From an uncultured Clostridia bacterium (GTDB taxonomy: Bacteria; Bacillota; Clostridia; TANB77; CAG-508): a stretch of 59,517 nt of DNA. Positions within the stretch are counted from its first letter, which is position 1. Every line of letters starts with the position of its first letter. The notes under the pieces were generated by a model. It saw only the letters and a program-made list of their open reading frames with translations, did no database searches and was not told where the DNA came from. Of the stretch, positions 9,287 through 21,307 are shown in pieces. Position numbers and translations under genes: made by a program. Location of the stretch: the NCBI GenBank assembly GCA_949927455.1, contig CATLEX010000002.1, positions 1-59,517 of the forward strand, read 5' to 3'.

Positions 9287-12061
9287 ATGAGTGAAGAAAA
9301 AGTAGATTATGGAAAAACACTGAATTTGCCAAAAACAGATTTTCCAATGAGAGGAAATTTGCCAGAAAATGAACCAAAAATCGCAAAAAAAGTGTTTGAA
9401 AACGATTTGTATGAAAAAATGTTAGAAAAAAATAAGGGGAAAACGCCGTTTATACTACATGACGGACCTCCTTATGCGAATGGCGAAATTCATCTTGGTC
9501 ACGCATTGAATAAAGTGCTAAAAGATACAATTGTTCGTTACAAGAATTTGCAAGGCTTTGATACACCATATATTCCTGGTTTTGATACACATGGAATGCC
9601 AACTGAAAAAAAGGCAATTGAAAAATTAGGTTTAAATCGTGACGAAATTCCAGTTTCGCAGTTTAGGGATACTTGCAAGCAATTTACAATGGAATATAAA
9701 GATAAGCAAATCGAAGGTTTTAAAAGATTAGGCGTTTTAGGGGATTGGAAAAATCCATACATCACTTATCAGCCACAAATGGAAGCCAAGCAAATTGGCG
9801 TTTTTGGTGATATGTTTAAAAAAGGCTACATTTATAAAGGACTAAAACCAGTATATTGGTGCACAGATTGCGAGACAGCTTTGGCAGAAGCAGAAATTGA
9901 ATATAAAGATGTAGATTCCATGACAGCTTATGTGAAATTCCCAGTCAAAGAGGCAAAAGGAAAATTTGATGAAAAAGATACTTTTATTGTTATTTGGACA
10001 ACAACTCCATGGACACTTCCAGGAAATATGGGAATTACAGTAGGTGCAGATTTTAAATATAGTATTATAGATATCGGAAAAGAGAAAGTAATAATTGCAA
10101 GTGAATTAGTTGAAAAAGTTATGACAATTGCTGGTATTGAAAATTATAAAACAGTTCAAGAATTGGAAGGCAAAGAATTAGAAGGTGTGGTTTGTAAACA
10201 TCCGTTTTTTGACAGAGATTCTAGAGTTGTTTTAGGTTCTGATGATACGATTTTAGTCGAACTAGAAACGGGTACAGGTGCTGTTCATACAGCTCCTGGA
10301 TATGGTAAAGAAGATTATTTATGCGGTTTGAAAAATGGATTGGAAATTGTTGTTTGTGTAGACGGAAAAGGTCATCAAACCAATGATGCTGGACAATTTG
10401 CTGGACAATTTTATGCCAAATCCGATAAAACGATTATCAATTGGTTAGAAGAAAATAATTTATTGCTTGCTAGCCAAAAAGTAAACCACTCTTATCCACA
10501 TTGCTGGAGATGTAAAAAGCCAGTTATATTTAGAGCAACTAAGCAATGGTTTGCTTCTGTGGATGGTTTTCGTAAAGAAACATTAGAAGCAATCAAAAAT
10601 GTGAAATGGTATCCTGCTTGGGGCGAAGAAAGAATTACAAAAATGGTAGAAGAAAGAAATGATTGGTGTATTTCTCGCCAGCGTACTTGGGGGGTTCCAA
10701 TTCCAGTATTTTATTGCAAATCTTGCGAAAAAGAATATGTAACACCTGAATCGTTAGAAAAAGTTCAAAAGGTATTTGCAGAAAAAGGCTCAAACGCATG
10801 GTTCGATATGGATGTAAAAGAATTGATGCCAGAAAATGCCAAATGTGAATGTGGCTGTACAGAATTTGTGAAAGAAACAGATATTATGGACGTGTGGTTT
10901 GATTCTGGTTCAACACATGAATCTGTTTTGGCAGAACGTGGACTTCCAGAAGCGAATTTGTATTTAGAAGGAAGTGATCAATATCGTGGTTGGTTTCAAT
11001 CTTCAATTTTGACTTCGATTGCCACAAAAGGAAAAGCACCATACAAAGAAGTTTTAACACATGGTTATACAGTTGATGAAAAAGGCAGAAAAATGTCGAA
11101 GTCTTTAGGAAATGGAATTGAGCCAAAAGATGTGATTAGTCAATCAGGAGCTGATGTTTTAAGACTTTGGGTTTTGGCATCTGATTATAAATCTGATATT
11201 AGTGTATCAAAAGATATTATTAAGCAAGTTACAGAAGTTTATCGTAAAATTAGAAATACAGCAAGATATATTTTAGGAAATATTTTTGATTTTGATGTTA
11301 ACAATCCAGTTCCTTATGAAGATTTAATGGAAATTGATAAATGGGCACTTACCAAATTAAATCGCTTGATTAAAGATTGTACAAAAGCTTATGATACGTA
11401 TGATTTTCACATTGCATATCGTGCTTTAAACCAATTTTGCGTAGTAGATATGAGTTCGTTCTATTTGGATATTATTAAAAATAGGTTATACACATATCGT
11501 GCAAATTCTGTGGGAAGAAGAGCAGCACAAACGACAATGTATGAAATTTTGTCTGGTTTGGTTCGTGTTTTGGCTCCAATGACATGTTTTACAGCAGAAG
11601 AAATTTGGCAATATATGCCTCATAGAAAAGGAGAAAACCTAGAGAGTGTTATGCTTGATTTTTATCCAAAAGTGAATGCGAAATTTGAAAATCAAGCATT
11701 GGAATTAAAGTGGGAAAGATTAATCAAAGTAAAAGAGGCAGTTGCTAAAAAGTTAGAAATAGCAAGAGCTGAGAAAAAAATTGGTTTATCTTTGGAGGCA
11801 AAAGTGATTTTGTATGCAGAAGCAGAAGAACATGATTTTATCAAAAATAATTTGGAAATATTGAAAGAAATTTGTATGGTATCTAGTCTAGAAATTAGCG
11901 AAAATAGAAGAAATCAGGATGAGGAAGTTGGTATTGGTGTGGAAGTGAAAAAAGCAGATGGCGAAAAATGCGAGCGTTGTTGGCAATATTCAACAACTGT
12001 TGGAGAAGATAGTGATTATCCAACCTTGTGTCATGACTGCAAAGAAGTAATGAAATCATAA
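9287..12061 (+). CDS. ileS: Isoleucyl-tRNA synthetase
   Basis: HIGH-type motif PYANGEIHLGH, KMSKS, and a C-terminal zinc finger CERCW...CHDC. Start set at MSEEK after AGGAGG. Confidence 0.95.
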   Translation: MSEEKVDYGKTLNLPKTDFPMRGNLPENEPKIAKKVFENDLYEKMLEKNKGKTPFILHDGPPYANGEIHLGHALNKVLKDTIVRYKNLQGFDTPYIPGFDTHGMPTEKKAIEKLGLNRDEIPVSQFRDTCKQFTMEYKDKQIEGFKRLGVLGDWKNPYITYQPQMEAKQIGVFGDMFKKGYIYKGLKPVYWCTDCETALAEAEIEYKDVDSMTAYVKFPVKEAKGKFDEKDTFIVIWTTTPWTLPGNMGITVGADFKYSIIDIGKEKVIIASELVEKVMTIAGIENYKTVQELEGKELEGVVCKHPFFDRDSRVVLGSDDTILVELETGTGAVHTAPGYGKEDYLCGLKNGLEIVVCVDGKGHQTNDAGQFAGQFYAKSDKTIINWLEENNLLLASQKVNHSYPHCWRCKKPVIFRATKQWFASVDGFRKETLEAIKNVKWYPAWGEERITKMVEERNDWCISRQRTWGVPIPVFYCKSCEKEYVTPESLEKVQKVFAEKGSNAWFDMDVKELMPENAKCECGCTEFVKETDIMDVWFDSGSTHESVLAERGLPEANLYLEGSDQYRGWFQSSILTSIATKGKAPYKEVLTHGYTVDEKGRKMSKSLGNGIEPKDVISQSGADVLRLWVLASDYKSDISVSKDIIKQVTEVYRKIRNTARYILGNIFDFDVNNPVPYEDLMEIDKWALTKLNRLIKDCTKAYDTYDFHIAYRALNQFCVVDMSSFYLDIIKNRLYTYRANSVGRRAAQTTMYEILSGLVRVLAPMTCFTAEEIWQYMPHRKGENLESVMLDFYPKVNAKFENQALELKWERLIKVKEAVAKKLEIARAEKKIGLSLEAKVILYAEAEEHDFIKNNLEILKEICMVSSLEISENRRNQDEEVGIGVEVKKADGEKCERCWQYSTTVGEDSDYPTLCHDCKEVMKS

Positions 12062-12073
12062 GGAGATTTGAGA

Positions 12074-12580
12074 ATGATGAATAAAAATCGCCACATATTG
12101 CATAGAATTTTATTTTATTGTATTTTTGTTTTTTATGTAATTATGTCACTTGCAATATTATTTCGAACATCTCATTTGACAAGAACTGTAAATCTTATCC
12201 CATTTCGTACTATTAGTAGTTTCTTGTCAAGAAATATTTTTCATATTTTTGTTTTTAGCAATTTGTTTGGGAATATCCTTTTGTTTGTGCCACTTGGGAT
12301 TTATAGTATGATTTTTATGCGAGAGAAAAGTAAGAAAAAAGCAACTTTTGTAGTATTTTTAACAAGTTTTGCAGTTGAAATTGTACAATATACGTTTAAA
12401 AAAGGTATTGGTGACATAGATGATATTATCTTAAATGTTTTGGGAGGTTATATTGGAGCTGTTTTTTATCAAAAGTGGTTGGTAAAGCTTGAAAATGAAA
12501 AAAAGATTAATCTTTTGATTGGAGCAATTGCTTTTATGGTTGCAATGATTAGTTTATTGGCAATGATTTTTTATTATTAA
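12074..12580 (+). CDS. VanZ-like family membrane protein
   Basis: VNLIPF, NILLFVPLG and DIDDIILNVLGG motifs typical of VanZ-like proteins. Confidence 0.65.
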   Translation: MMNKNRHILHRILFYCIFVFYVIMSLAILFRTSHLTRTVNLIPFRTISSFLSRNIFHIFVFSNLFGNILLFVPLGIYSMIFMREKSKKKATFVVFLTSFAVEIVQYTFKKGIGDIDDIILNVLGGYIGAVFYQKWLVKLENEKKINLLIGAIAFMVAMISLLAMIFYY

Positions 12581-12735
12581 ATAAGTAAGGGATATTTTTG
12601 AAATATTCCTTATTTTTTTGTAGTTTGGAAAATTTATTTTAATATCATCAGGATTTTTTGCTTAAAATGTAACCAAATTAAAAAATAGCAATATATAAAT
12701 AAGAAGGGGAAATTCTTAATATTTCCTTAAATAAT

Positions 12736-12764
12736 TTGCAAAAAAATGTAAAATGTGATATAAT
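12736..12764 (+). promoter_or_regulatory. Sigma-A-like promoter of the glycosyltransferase cluster
   Basis: TTGCAA, 17 nt spacer, TATAAT. Confidence 0.4.
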
Positions 12765-12831
12765 TCATACTTGTGAACATAAATATATAATTTTTTGGCA
12801 GAAAAGAGGGAATTAAAGGAGAAACAGTTAA

Positions 12832-13932
12832 ATGAGAAGCAAGGAGATATCGGTCATTGTACCAGTATATAATGCAGAGTTACATATTGAGGGGACAATT
12901 AAATCATTGCAAAATCAGACATTTAGAGATATAGAAATTATTTTAGTAAATGATGGTTCAAAAGATAACTCGAAGAAAATATGTGAAGATTATGCAACAA
13001 GAGATGAGCGAATTTTAGTTGTGAATAAAGAAAATGGAGGATTAGCAGATGCCAGAAATGCAGGAATGAAAGTTGCAAATGGAAAATATATAATGTTTTT
13101 GGATGCAGATGATTTGTTTGAAGTAGATTCTTGTGAAAATATGTATCTTGCCATTGAAAAGAGCAGGGCAGATTATGTAATTGGAAATTATCAGATGATG
13201 GAAGAAAATGGAACAAAATGGAAAAATCCAGCATTTGATGTGAAGACTTATCAAGAGTTTATTTTAGACAGGCATGATTATCAAAAGTCATTTTTTGTGA
13301 TGAATTCGACTGCATGGAATAAAATTTATAATGCACAATTTTTAAAAGAAAATGATATTACTTTTAAAGTGCCATCACCTTCAGAGGATGATTATTTTAC
13401 ATCACTTTGTTATATGAAGGCGAAGTTTGGATTTTATACACCAAAAGTCATGTATTTATATAGAAATACGCCAAATTCATTGTCAAAAGATTGTTCTTTG
13501 TCTTATTTTAAAGGAATTAATAATGCATATCAAAGAATTTTTGAAAGTTATCAAGAAAATCATGAATTAAATTATTATCGTTATGTGTATGCTAAGAAAA
13601 ATGCTTATTTATTATGTCAATTAATTGATTCAGAACAAATTACAATAGAGGAAAAAATAGAGTGTTTGAAAAAATTGGAATGGTATTTTGATTTGCGAAG
13701 TGAATTAGAAATCAATACAGTTCATGAATCATTAGAAAAAATTATGCGTTTGATTGAAGAGAAAGAGTATACTAATATAGCATTAGAAATGGAGCGTTTG
13801 AAAGAGTATAGAAAAGGGCTTCCTGAGCAAGTGAAGAAAAGGATGTCTTTTCCAACTAAGGAAAATTATGCTCAAATGGAAAAAAATAATGAGCAATTTA
13901 GAATACAAGGAGAAGAAGTATGTTTCAATTAA
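12832..13932 (+). CDS. Glycosyltransferase family 2
   Basis: SVIVPVYNAE...ILVNDGSKDNS...FLDADD motifs. Confidence 0.85.
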   Translation: MRSKEISVIVPVYNAELHIEGTIKSLQNQTFRDIEIILVNDGSKDNSKKICEDYATRDERILVVNKENGGLADARNAGMKVANGKYIMFLDADDLFEVDSCENMYLAIEKSRADYVIGNYQMMEENGTKWKNPAFDVKTYQEFILDRHDYQKSFFVMNSTAWNKIYNAQFLKENDITFKVPSPSEDDYFTSLCYMKAKFGFYTPKVMYLYRNTPNSLSKDCSLSYFKGINNAYQRIFESYQENHELNYYRYVYAKKNAYLLCQLIDSEQITIEEKIECLKKLEWYFDLRSELEINTVHESLEKIMRLIEEKEYTNIALEMERLKEYRKGLPEQVKKRMSFPTKENYAQMEKNNEQFRIQGEEVCFN

Positions 13933-14765
13933 AATATAGTAAAAGATATCAAAATCAAATTTACACTAACTATGAAATAACATTTCCAGAAGAAGATTAT
14001 TATGCAGTAGATGGCAATTTGTTTTGTGTAGCAGATGGCGTGACGCGAGATTTGATTGGAGGGGAAATTAAACCGTATCCTAAGACGAAAGAGGAAGCGA
14101 AGTATATTGCTGAGCATTATCCAAATCCAAGTGGAGCATTTGAAGCTTCTAAAATAATTGCTAATCAATTTGTGAAATATGCAAAAGGCGGAAATGCAAG
14201 CAAAGAAATGGTAAAAAAAGGAATTCAAAAAGCAAATGAAAAGGTATGGAAGATTAATGAAAATCGAGAAATTGATTATGTTGGAGAAGATTTGTATTGT
14301 TGTGAAGCAGTTGGAGGTGTGATAACAGACGAGTATTTGTACGCATTTGGAATTGGTGATTGCTATATTAAAGTTTTTGATGAAAATCAAAATGAGTTGT
14401 ACTCAACAGAAAATGATCATTTGTGGATGGAGAAATTTGAGGAAGAATATTTGAAAAAAGGAAAATATGATTGGTTTGATCCGAGATCAAGATTGTTAAT
14501 TCGAGGTGCTTTACGTAATAATTTTTTGGTGACTTATCAAGGTAAGCGTGTTGGTTATGGGGCACTAACAGGAGAAGACAGAGCAATGGATTTTGTGAAG
14601 ATTGATAAAGTACCTTTGAAAAAGGTGAAATATATTGTTGCTTATTCAGATGGTTGTATGCCATATTTTGAAAATCAGAAAGAAGTGAAAAAGACATTGG
14701 AAAATCCAGATAGAATAAAAGAAAACGGAAGTGAAAGAACATTGATTATTTATGAAAGGGAGTAG
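13920..14765 (+). CDS. Hypothetical protein, weakly PP2C/SpoIIE-phosphatase-like
   Basis: Overlaps the preceding gene by 13 nt. FCVADGVTRD and VAYSDGC resemble PP2C metal-binding motifs. The function call is tentative. Confidence 0.35.
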   Translation: MFQLKYSKRYQNQIYTNYEITFPEEDYYAVDGNLFCVADGVTRDLIGGEIKPYPKTKEEAKYIAEHYPNPSGAFEASKIIANQFVKYAKGGNASKEMVKKGIQKANEKVWKINENREIDYVGEDLYCCEAVGGVITDEYLYAFGIGDCYIKVFDENQNELYSTENDHLWMEKFEEEYLKKGKYDWFDPRSRLLIRGALRNNFLVTYQGKRVGYGALTGEDRAMDFVKIDKVPLKKVKYIVAYSDGCMPYFENQKEVKKTLENPDRIKENGSERTLIIYERE

Positions 14766-15090
14766 GAAAGAGTGGAAAAAGTAGTATTATTTGATGCACT
14801 AACATATGGGAGTATAGTAATGCCACAAACGATGTATTTGAATGAAACCAGAGACAAGAAAAGAAATGGTGTTCTTTTAGCAGTAAGATAGGAAATTATA
14901 ATTACAAGATAGAAGCAAGTTTTGAATCGCTAAAATTTCAAAAGTCTATTAAATTTTTGAAAGATTTAAGTCAAATAGAAAGTGCAATAAATGAATTAAT
15001 GAGTGAAGTAAATTATAGTTATAATAATAAATTTGCTAAAATAGAATATCAGAAAATAATAGATATAATAAAAATTAGGGTGGAGGAAGT

Positions 15091-15876
15091 ATGATACCGA
15101 AAAAAATACATTATATATGGCTAGGTGGAAGACCGAAAGATAAGTTAGCAGAGATTTGTTTATTAACTTGGAAAGACAAAATGCCAGAATATGAAATGAT
15201 TGAATGGAACGAAAGTAATTTAGATTTGGATGAGATTGCAAAAGAGAGTGAGTATTTTGCAGAATGTAGGAAGCGTAAATTGTATGCTTTTATGGCAGAT
15301 TATTTGAGAATTAAAATTTTGTATGAGCAAGGTGGAATTTATATAGATACAGATGTACAGGCAATTCAGTCGTTAAATCCATTGATGGACAGAGATTTGT
15401 TGCTCGGATATGAAGAATGTACAATTGATAAAGTAAATAAACAAATTGGTACAGGGTTTTTAGCAGCACAAAAAGGAAACAGCTTTATTGGAAAAATATT
15501 TGATTTTTATAAAAATAAGATTATGAAAACAGATTTGTTTGTAATACCTGTTATTATGACTAAAATTTATAAAGAATTAACAGAAAATGAAAAAGCTAAG
15601 ATAGAAATTTTGCCGAAAGAATATTTTTCACCATATGATTCTGGCGGTGGAAAAGGATTTTCGCAAAAACTTATTACGAAAAATACATATACAATTCATT
15701 GGTTTTCTTATAGTTGGGGGAATTTCAAAAATAGAGAATGGGTACAAGTAAAACATATTGGAGATCCAATTAAAAGAAAAATTAAGATGTTAAAAAATAG
15801 AATTGATTTTTGGAAAGAAACACAAACAGTTAAAAAAAATAGAAAAGCAGAATGTAAAAAAATCTACTTAAAGTAG
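15091..15876 (+). CDS. Glycosyltransferase with DXD sugar-binding motif (Gly_transf_sug-like)
   Basis: IPKKIHYIWLGG and ADYLRIKILYEQGGIYIDTDV motifs. Confidence 0.75.
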   Translation: MIPKKIHYIWLGGRPKDKLAEICLLTWKDKMPEYEMIEWNESNLDLDEIAKESEYFAECRKRKLYAFMADYLRIKILYEQGGIYIDTDVQAIQSLNPLMDRDLLLGYEECTIDKVNKQIGTGFLAAQKGNSFIGKIFDFYKNKIMKTDLFVIPVIMTKIYKELTENEKAKIEILPKEYFSPYDSGGGKGFSQKLITKNTYTIHWFSYSWGNFKNREWVQVKHIGDPIKRKIKMLKNRIDFWKETQTVKKNRKAECKKIYLK

Positions 15877-15906
15877 TTAATCTGCTTCAAGTAGATTTTT
15901 CAATTT

Positions 15907-16392
15907 TTAATCTTTACAATTTTCCCAATTCATGCCATAATTACTTTTGCTTAAATTGTGTTTTATAATATTTTCGTTTTTTTGTTCAAGTGCTTTATCT
16001 ACATTATTCATATAAAATCTTTTTTGTGCTAATTTTTCTTGAACACCATTTAAAGCTTCTCCAAATCTTTGGAAGTGAACCACTTCTCTTTCACGCAAAT
16101 AACGTAAGACATTGACAACATCTGGATCGTCTTTGCATAAATCAATTAATTTTTCATAAGTGGCACGAGCTTTTTGTTCAGCAGCTAAATCTTCTGTTAA
16201 ATCAGCCACAGGGTCACCTTTAACAGCAAGCACAGCAGCAGAAAAAGGAAATCCGCTAGCTGCCTGTGGATACACACCTAAACCGTGGTCGGTGTAATAA
16301 GCAGACAAGCCACCTTTTTCAATTTCTTCAATTGATGCGCCATCTGTTAACTGATGAACTAAAGTTCCAACCATTTCCAAGTGGGCTAATTC
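15907..16392 (-). CDS. cotJC: cotJC (manganese-catalase-family spore coat protein), 3' segment of a split gene
   Basis: Encodes (E)LAHLEMVGTLVHQL...KGDPVADLTEDLAAEQKARATYEKL...LRYLREREVVHFQRF, the C-terminal two thirds of CotJC. It has no start codon or RBS of its own at the family's N-terminus. Confidence 0.85.
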   Translation of the reverse strand, partial: ELAHLEMVGTLVHQLTDGASIEEIEKGGLSAYYTDHGLGVYPQAASGFPFSAAVLAVKGDPVADLTEDLAAEQKARATYEKLIDLCKDDPDVVNVLRYLREREVVHFQRFGEALNGVQEKLAQKRFYMNNVDKALEQKNENIIKHNLSKSNYGMNWENCKD

Positions 16393-16445
16393 GTTTGCTC
16401 CACAAAAGTTATCAACAGAAAAATTAAATTCTAATAAAGATAACT

Positions 16446-18017
16446 TTAATAGACTTTTGGATAAATATTTAGCTCAAAATTTTTGGGATCGGAAATTTTT
16501 TTGATTGCTTTTTCTGTTTTTAAATAAGTAACTTTTTCAATTACTTTTTTCAATAACTCATTTTGATCTTTTGCATTATTTAGAGAGTAATATATTTCTA
16601 CAACACTTTGAATATTGGAAACAATATTTTTTTGATTTGCTAAAATTTTTTTTGTTTTTTGACTTTCTTTTGTCAAGTCTTCAATTGTCAATTGTATTTG
16701 ATGTTGTTCCATTTCTAGTTGATTTTTTCTATCTAGAAATTCTTGTTTCGTATATAAACCGTCTTCTAAAAATTCATGAATTTTGGATTGTTTTTCTTTA
16801 ATAATCAGTAACTTTTTTTCTTCTGCTTGAATTTGATTAGTTATTTTAGATAAATGTAAATGATATTTTTCAAATAGAATATTTTTATTATGATTAATTT
16901 TATAATCTTTTAGCCATTTTTTTAATCCATCTAACAATACTTCTTCTACAATTTCAAATTTAGAACTAATATTATTGCATTCTGGATTAATACAAATAAG
17001 TGTTGCTGCTAATCCCATTTTTTGATAAGGTCTTCGTTGCATTTTGTAGCCACATTTTTTACAATAAATCAAACTTCTTAAAGAATTTTGCTGAATTGTA
17101 TTACTAGGTAGTGGAATATGATTAAGATTTATTATTTCTTGAGCTTTATCCCATAATTTTTTAGGAATAATAGGGGAGTGTAGTCCATCAATTAATAAAT
17201 AATCTTTATTTCTTGGACGAGATTTATAGATAATTCCATTTTCAATTCTTTTTACAGTTTTTCTAGCATTCCATCTAATTTTTCCAATATAAACAGGATT
17301 ATGTAGAATACTTTTAATAGAATTAACAGTCCATTTTTTGCCTTTTCTGGTAGAAATATTTCTGCAATTTAATTCTTTTGCAATTTGATTCATAGAATAA
17401 TTATTTTCTACATATAAGTCAAAAATTAACTTAACAACACGACTTTCAGTAGAGTTTTTTACTAAAGTGTAGCCTTTGTCATTTTTTAGTTTTTCTCTGT
17501 TATACCCATAAGGTGGAATATTTCCAACATATTTTCCTTCTTTCACAGAACTAACTCTTCCACGTTGTAGTCTTCGATTAATAACTTTATATTCTCTTCT
17601 CGACATAAACAAGCCAAATTCAAAATATTCTTCATCACATTCGTCATTTGGATGATAAGTTTTCATAGGAGTGATGATTAATGTATTGGAGTATTGAAAA
17701 GCTTCTGATACAATCCCTTGGTCTTTTGTATTACCTCTAGCCAATCTTTCTACTTCAATGACCAATACAGCTTGCCATTTTCCAGCTTCAACATCTTTTA
17801 AAAGTCTTTGCATTTCTGGTCTTGCTTCGATACTTTCTCCACTTCTGACTTCTTCGTATGTCTCACCAATTTTAATATGATGTTTATAGGCGTATTCTAT
17901 TAGCATCTTTTTATGGCGTTTTAAAGTTTCTCCTTCGCCTCTTGCCTCAGCTTCTTTGTCAGCTCTAGATTTTCTCAAATATAAAGCTGCACATAATCCA
18001 TTTAATTCACTTTCCAA
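16446..18017 (-). CDS. Large serine recombinase (resolvase catalytic domain, recombinase domain, zinc ribbon, coiled coil)
   Basis: N-terminal YLRKSRADKE catalytic-serine region, VLVIEVERLARG, a central recombinase domain, CKKCGYKM...C zinc ribbon and a long coiled-coil tail. TTG start with AGGAGA RBS. Confidence 0.9.
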   Translation of the reverse strand: MESELNGLCAALYLRKSRADKEAEARGEGETLKRHKKMLIEYAYKHHIKIGETYEEVRSGESIEARPEMQRLLKDVEAGKWQAVLVIEVERLARGNTKDQGIVSEAFQYSNTLIITPMKTYHPNDECDEEYFEFGLFMSRREYKVINRRLQRGRVSSVKEGKYVGNIPPYGYNREKLKNDKGYTLVKNSTESRVVKLIFDLYVENNYSMNQIAKELNCRNISTRKGKKWTVNSIKSILHNPVYIGKIRWNARKTVKRIENGIIYKSRPRNKDYLLIDGLHSPIIPKKLWDKAQEIINLNHIPLPSNTIQQNSLRSLIYCKKCGYKMQRRPYQKMGLAATLICINPECNNISSKFEIVEEVLLDGLKKWLKDYKINHNKNILFEKYHLHLSKITNQIQAEEKKLLIIKEKQSKIHEFLEDGLYTKQEFLDRKNQLEMEQHQIQLTIEDLTKESQKTKKILANQKNIVSNIQSVVEIYYSLNNAKDQNELLKKVIEKVTYLKTEKAIKKISDPKNFELNIYPKVY

Positions 18018-18055
18018 AATTTCTCCTTTCTCAATAATATTTTTAGAGTTTAGTA

Positions 18056-18196
18056 TTATTGTAAAGTTTTTTCTTGACTTTTTAATAAAATTGCACTAAT
18101 TTCATTTTTTGTACTTTCTACTTCTTCTTTTGATAAAAAAAAGTCATCATAGATATTAATGATGGCTGCTCCAGAATAAAGTTGTTTTATTTTCAT
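18056..18196 (-). CDS. Small ORF (46 aa) just upstream of the recombinase gene and co-oriented with it
   Basis: ATG preceded by AGGAGGTG. Translates as MKIKQLYSGAAIINIYDDFFLSKEEVESTKNEISAILLKSQEKTLQ. Ends 38 nt before the recombinase start. Below the ORF-track size cutoff. Confidence 0.45.
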   Translation of the reverse strand: MKIKQLYSGAAIINIYDDFFLSKEEVESTKNEISAILLKSQEKTLQ

Positions 18197-18363
18197 ATAG
18201 CACCTCCTAAAAATTGATTTAATTCATTGTATTCAAGAGGATGAGAACTATTCTTTTGATTGGTAATTCTTTACGTATTTATTATAGATTTTCAATGTTT
18301 AAAAAACTTGATAGTTCATATAAAATAAAGAAATTGATTTTTTGGGAGAATTTGTTAAAAATA

Positions 18364-18392
18364 TTGACTTTAAGTCAAAAATGAGGTACAAT
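18364..18392 (+). promoter_or_regulatory. Sigma-A promoter of the V-ATPase operon, with a palindrome over the -35
   Basis: TTGACT, 17 nt spacer, TACAAT. TTGACTT-A-AGTCAA is a perfect palindrome. Confidence 0.5.
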
Positions 18393-18491
18393 TAATTATA
18401 TAAATGCTTTAAAATAGTGAGGTTCACCTTTTAATGCAAACAAAAGTTCTATTTTATAGTATCGATTCTATCATTTGAAAGGAGGAAAGAG

Positions 18492-18806
18492 ATGGAATTT
18501 GAAAGCATTAAGAGAATTATGGAGACAGAAAAAGAAGCTGAGCGTAAAAGGGAAGTTGCAAAACAAAAGGCAAAAGAAATTTTAGAACACGCTCATAATT
18601 CAAAAGAAAGTAATCGTGTTTATTTTAAAGGGCAATTAGAGAGGAAAACGGAAGATTTGCGAAAGGAAAAAAATGAAGAAAACAAAAAAGAGAAAGTAAA
18701 AATTCAAGCACAAACAAATGAAAAATTGAGAAAATTACAGGCAACCTTACATGGAAATTTATCAGAAGCTGTTGATAAAATATTTAGTGAAGTGATAAAG
18801 ATTTGA
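18492..18806 (+). CDS. V-type ATPase small coiled-coil stalk subunit (G/H-like, NtpF-like)
   Basis: 104-aa Lys/Glu-rich helical protein in the first position of the operon. Confidence 0.5.
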   Translation: MEFESIKRIMETEKEAERKREVAKQKAKEILEHAHNSKESNRVYFKGQLERKTEDLRKEKNEENKKEKVKIQAQTNEKLRKLQATLHGNLSEAVDKIFSEVIKI

Positions 18807-18849
18807 GATAAAATCAAAAAATATTTACAGAAAGGGATGATAAAAGGAA

Positions 18850-21239
<2,390 letters not shown>

Positions 21240-21307
21240 AGGTTTAAAATATATTGATTCTTTTTTGAGGGTAAATATAGAAAAGATTAAAAGAAAGGAG
21301 AGTTGGC

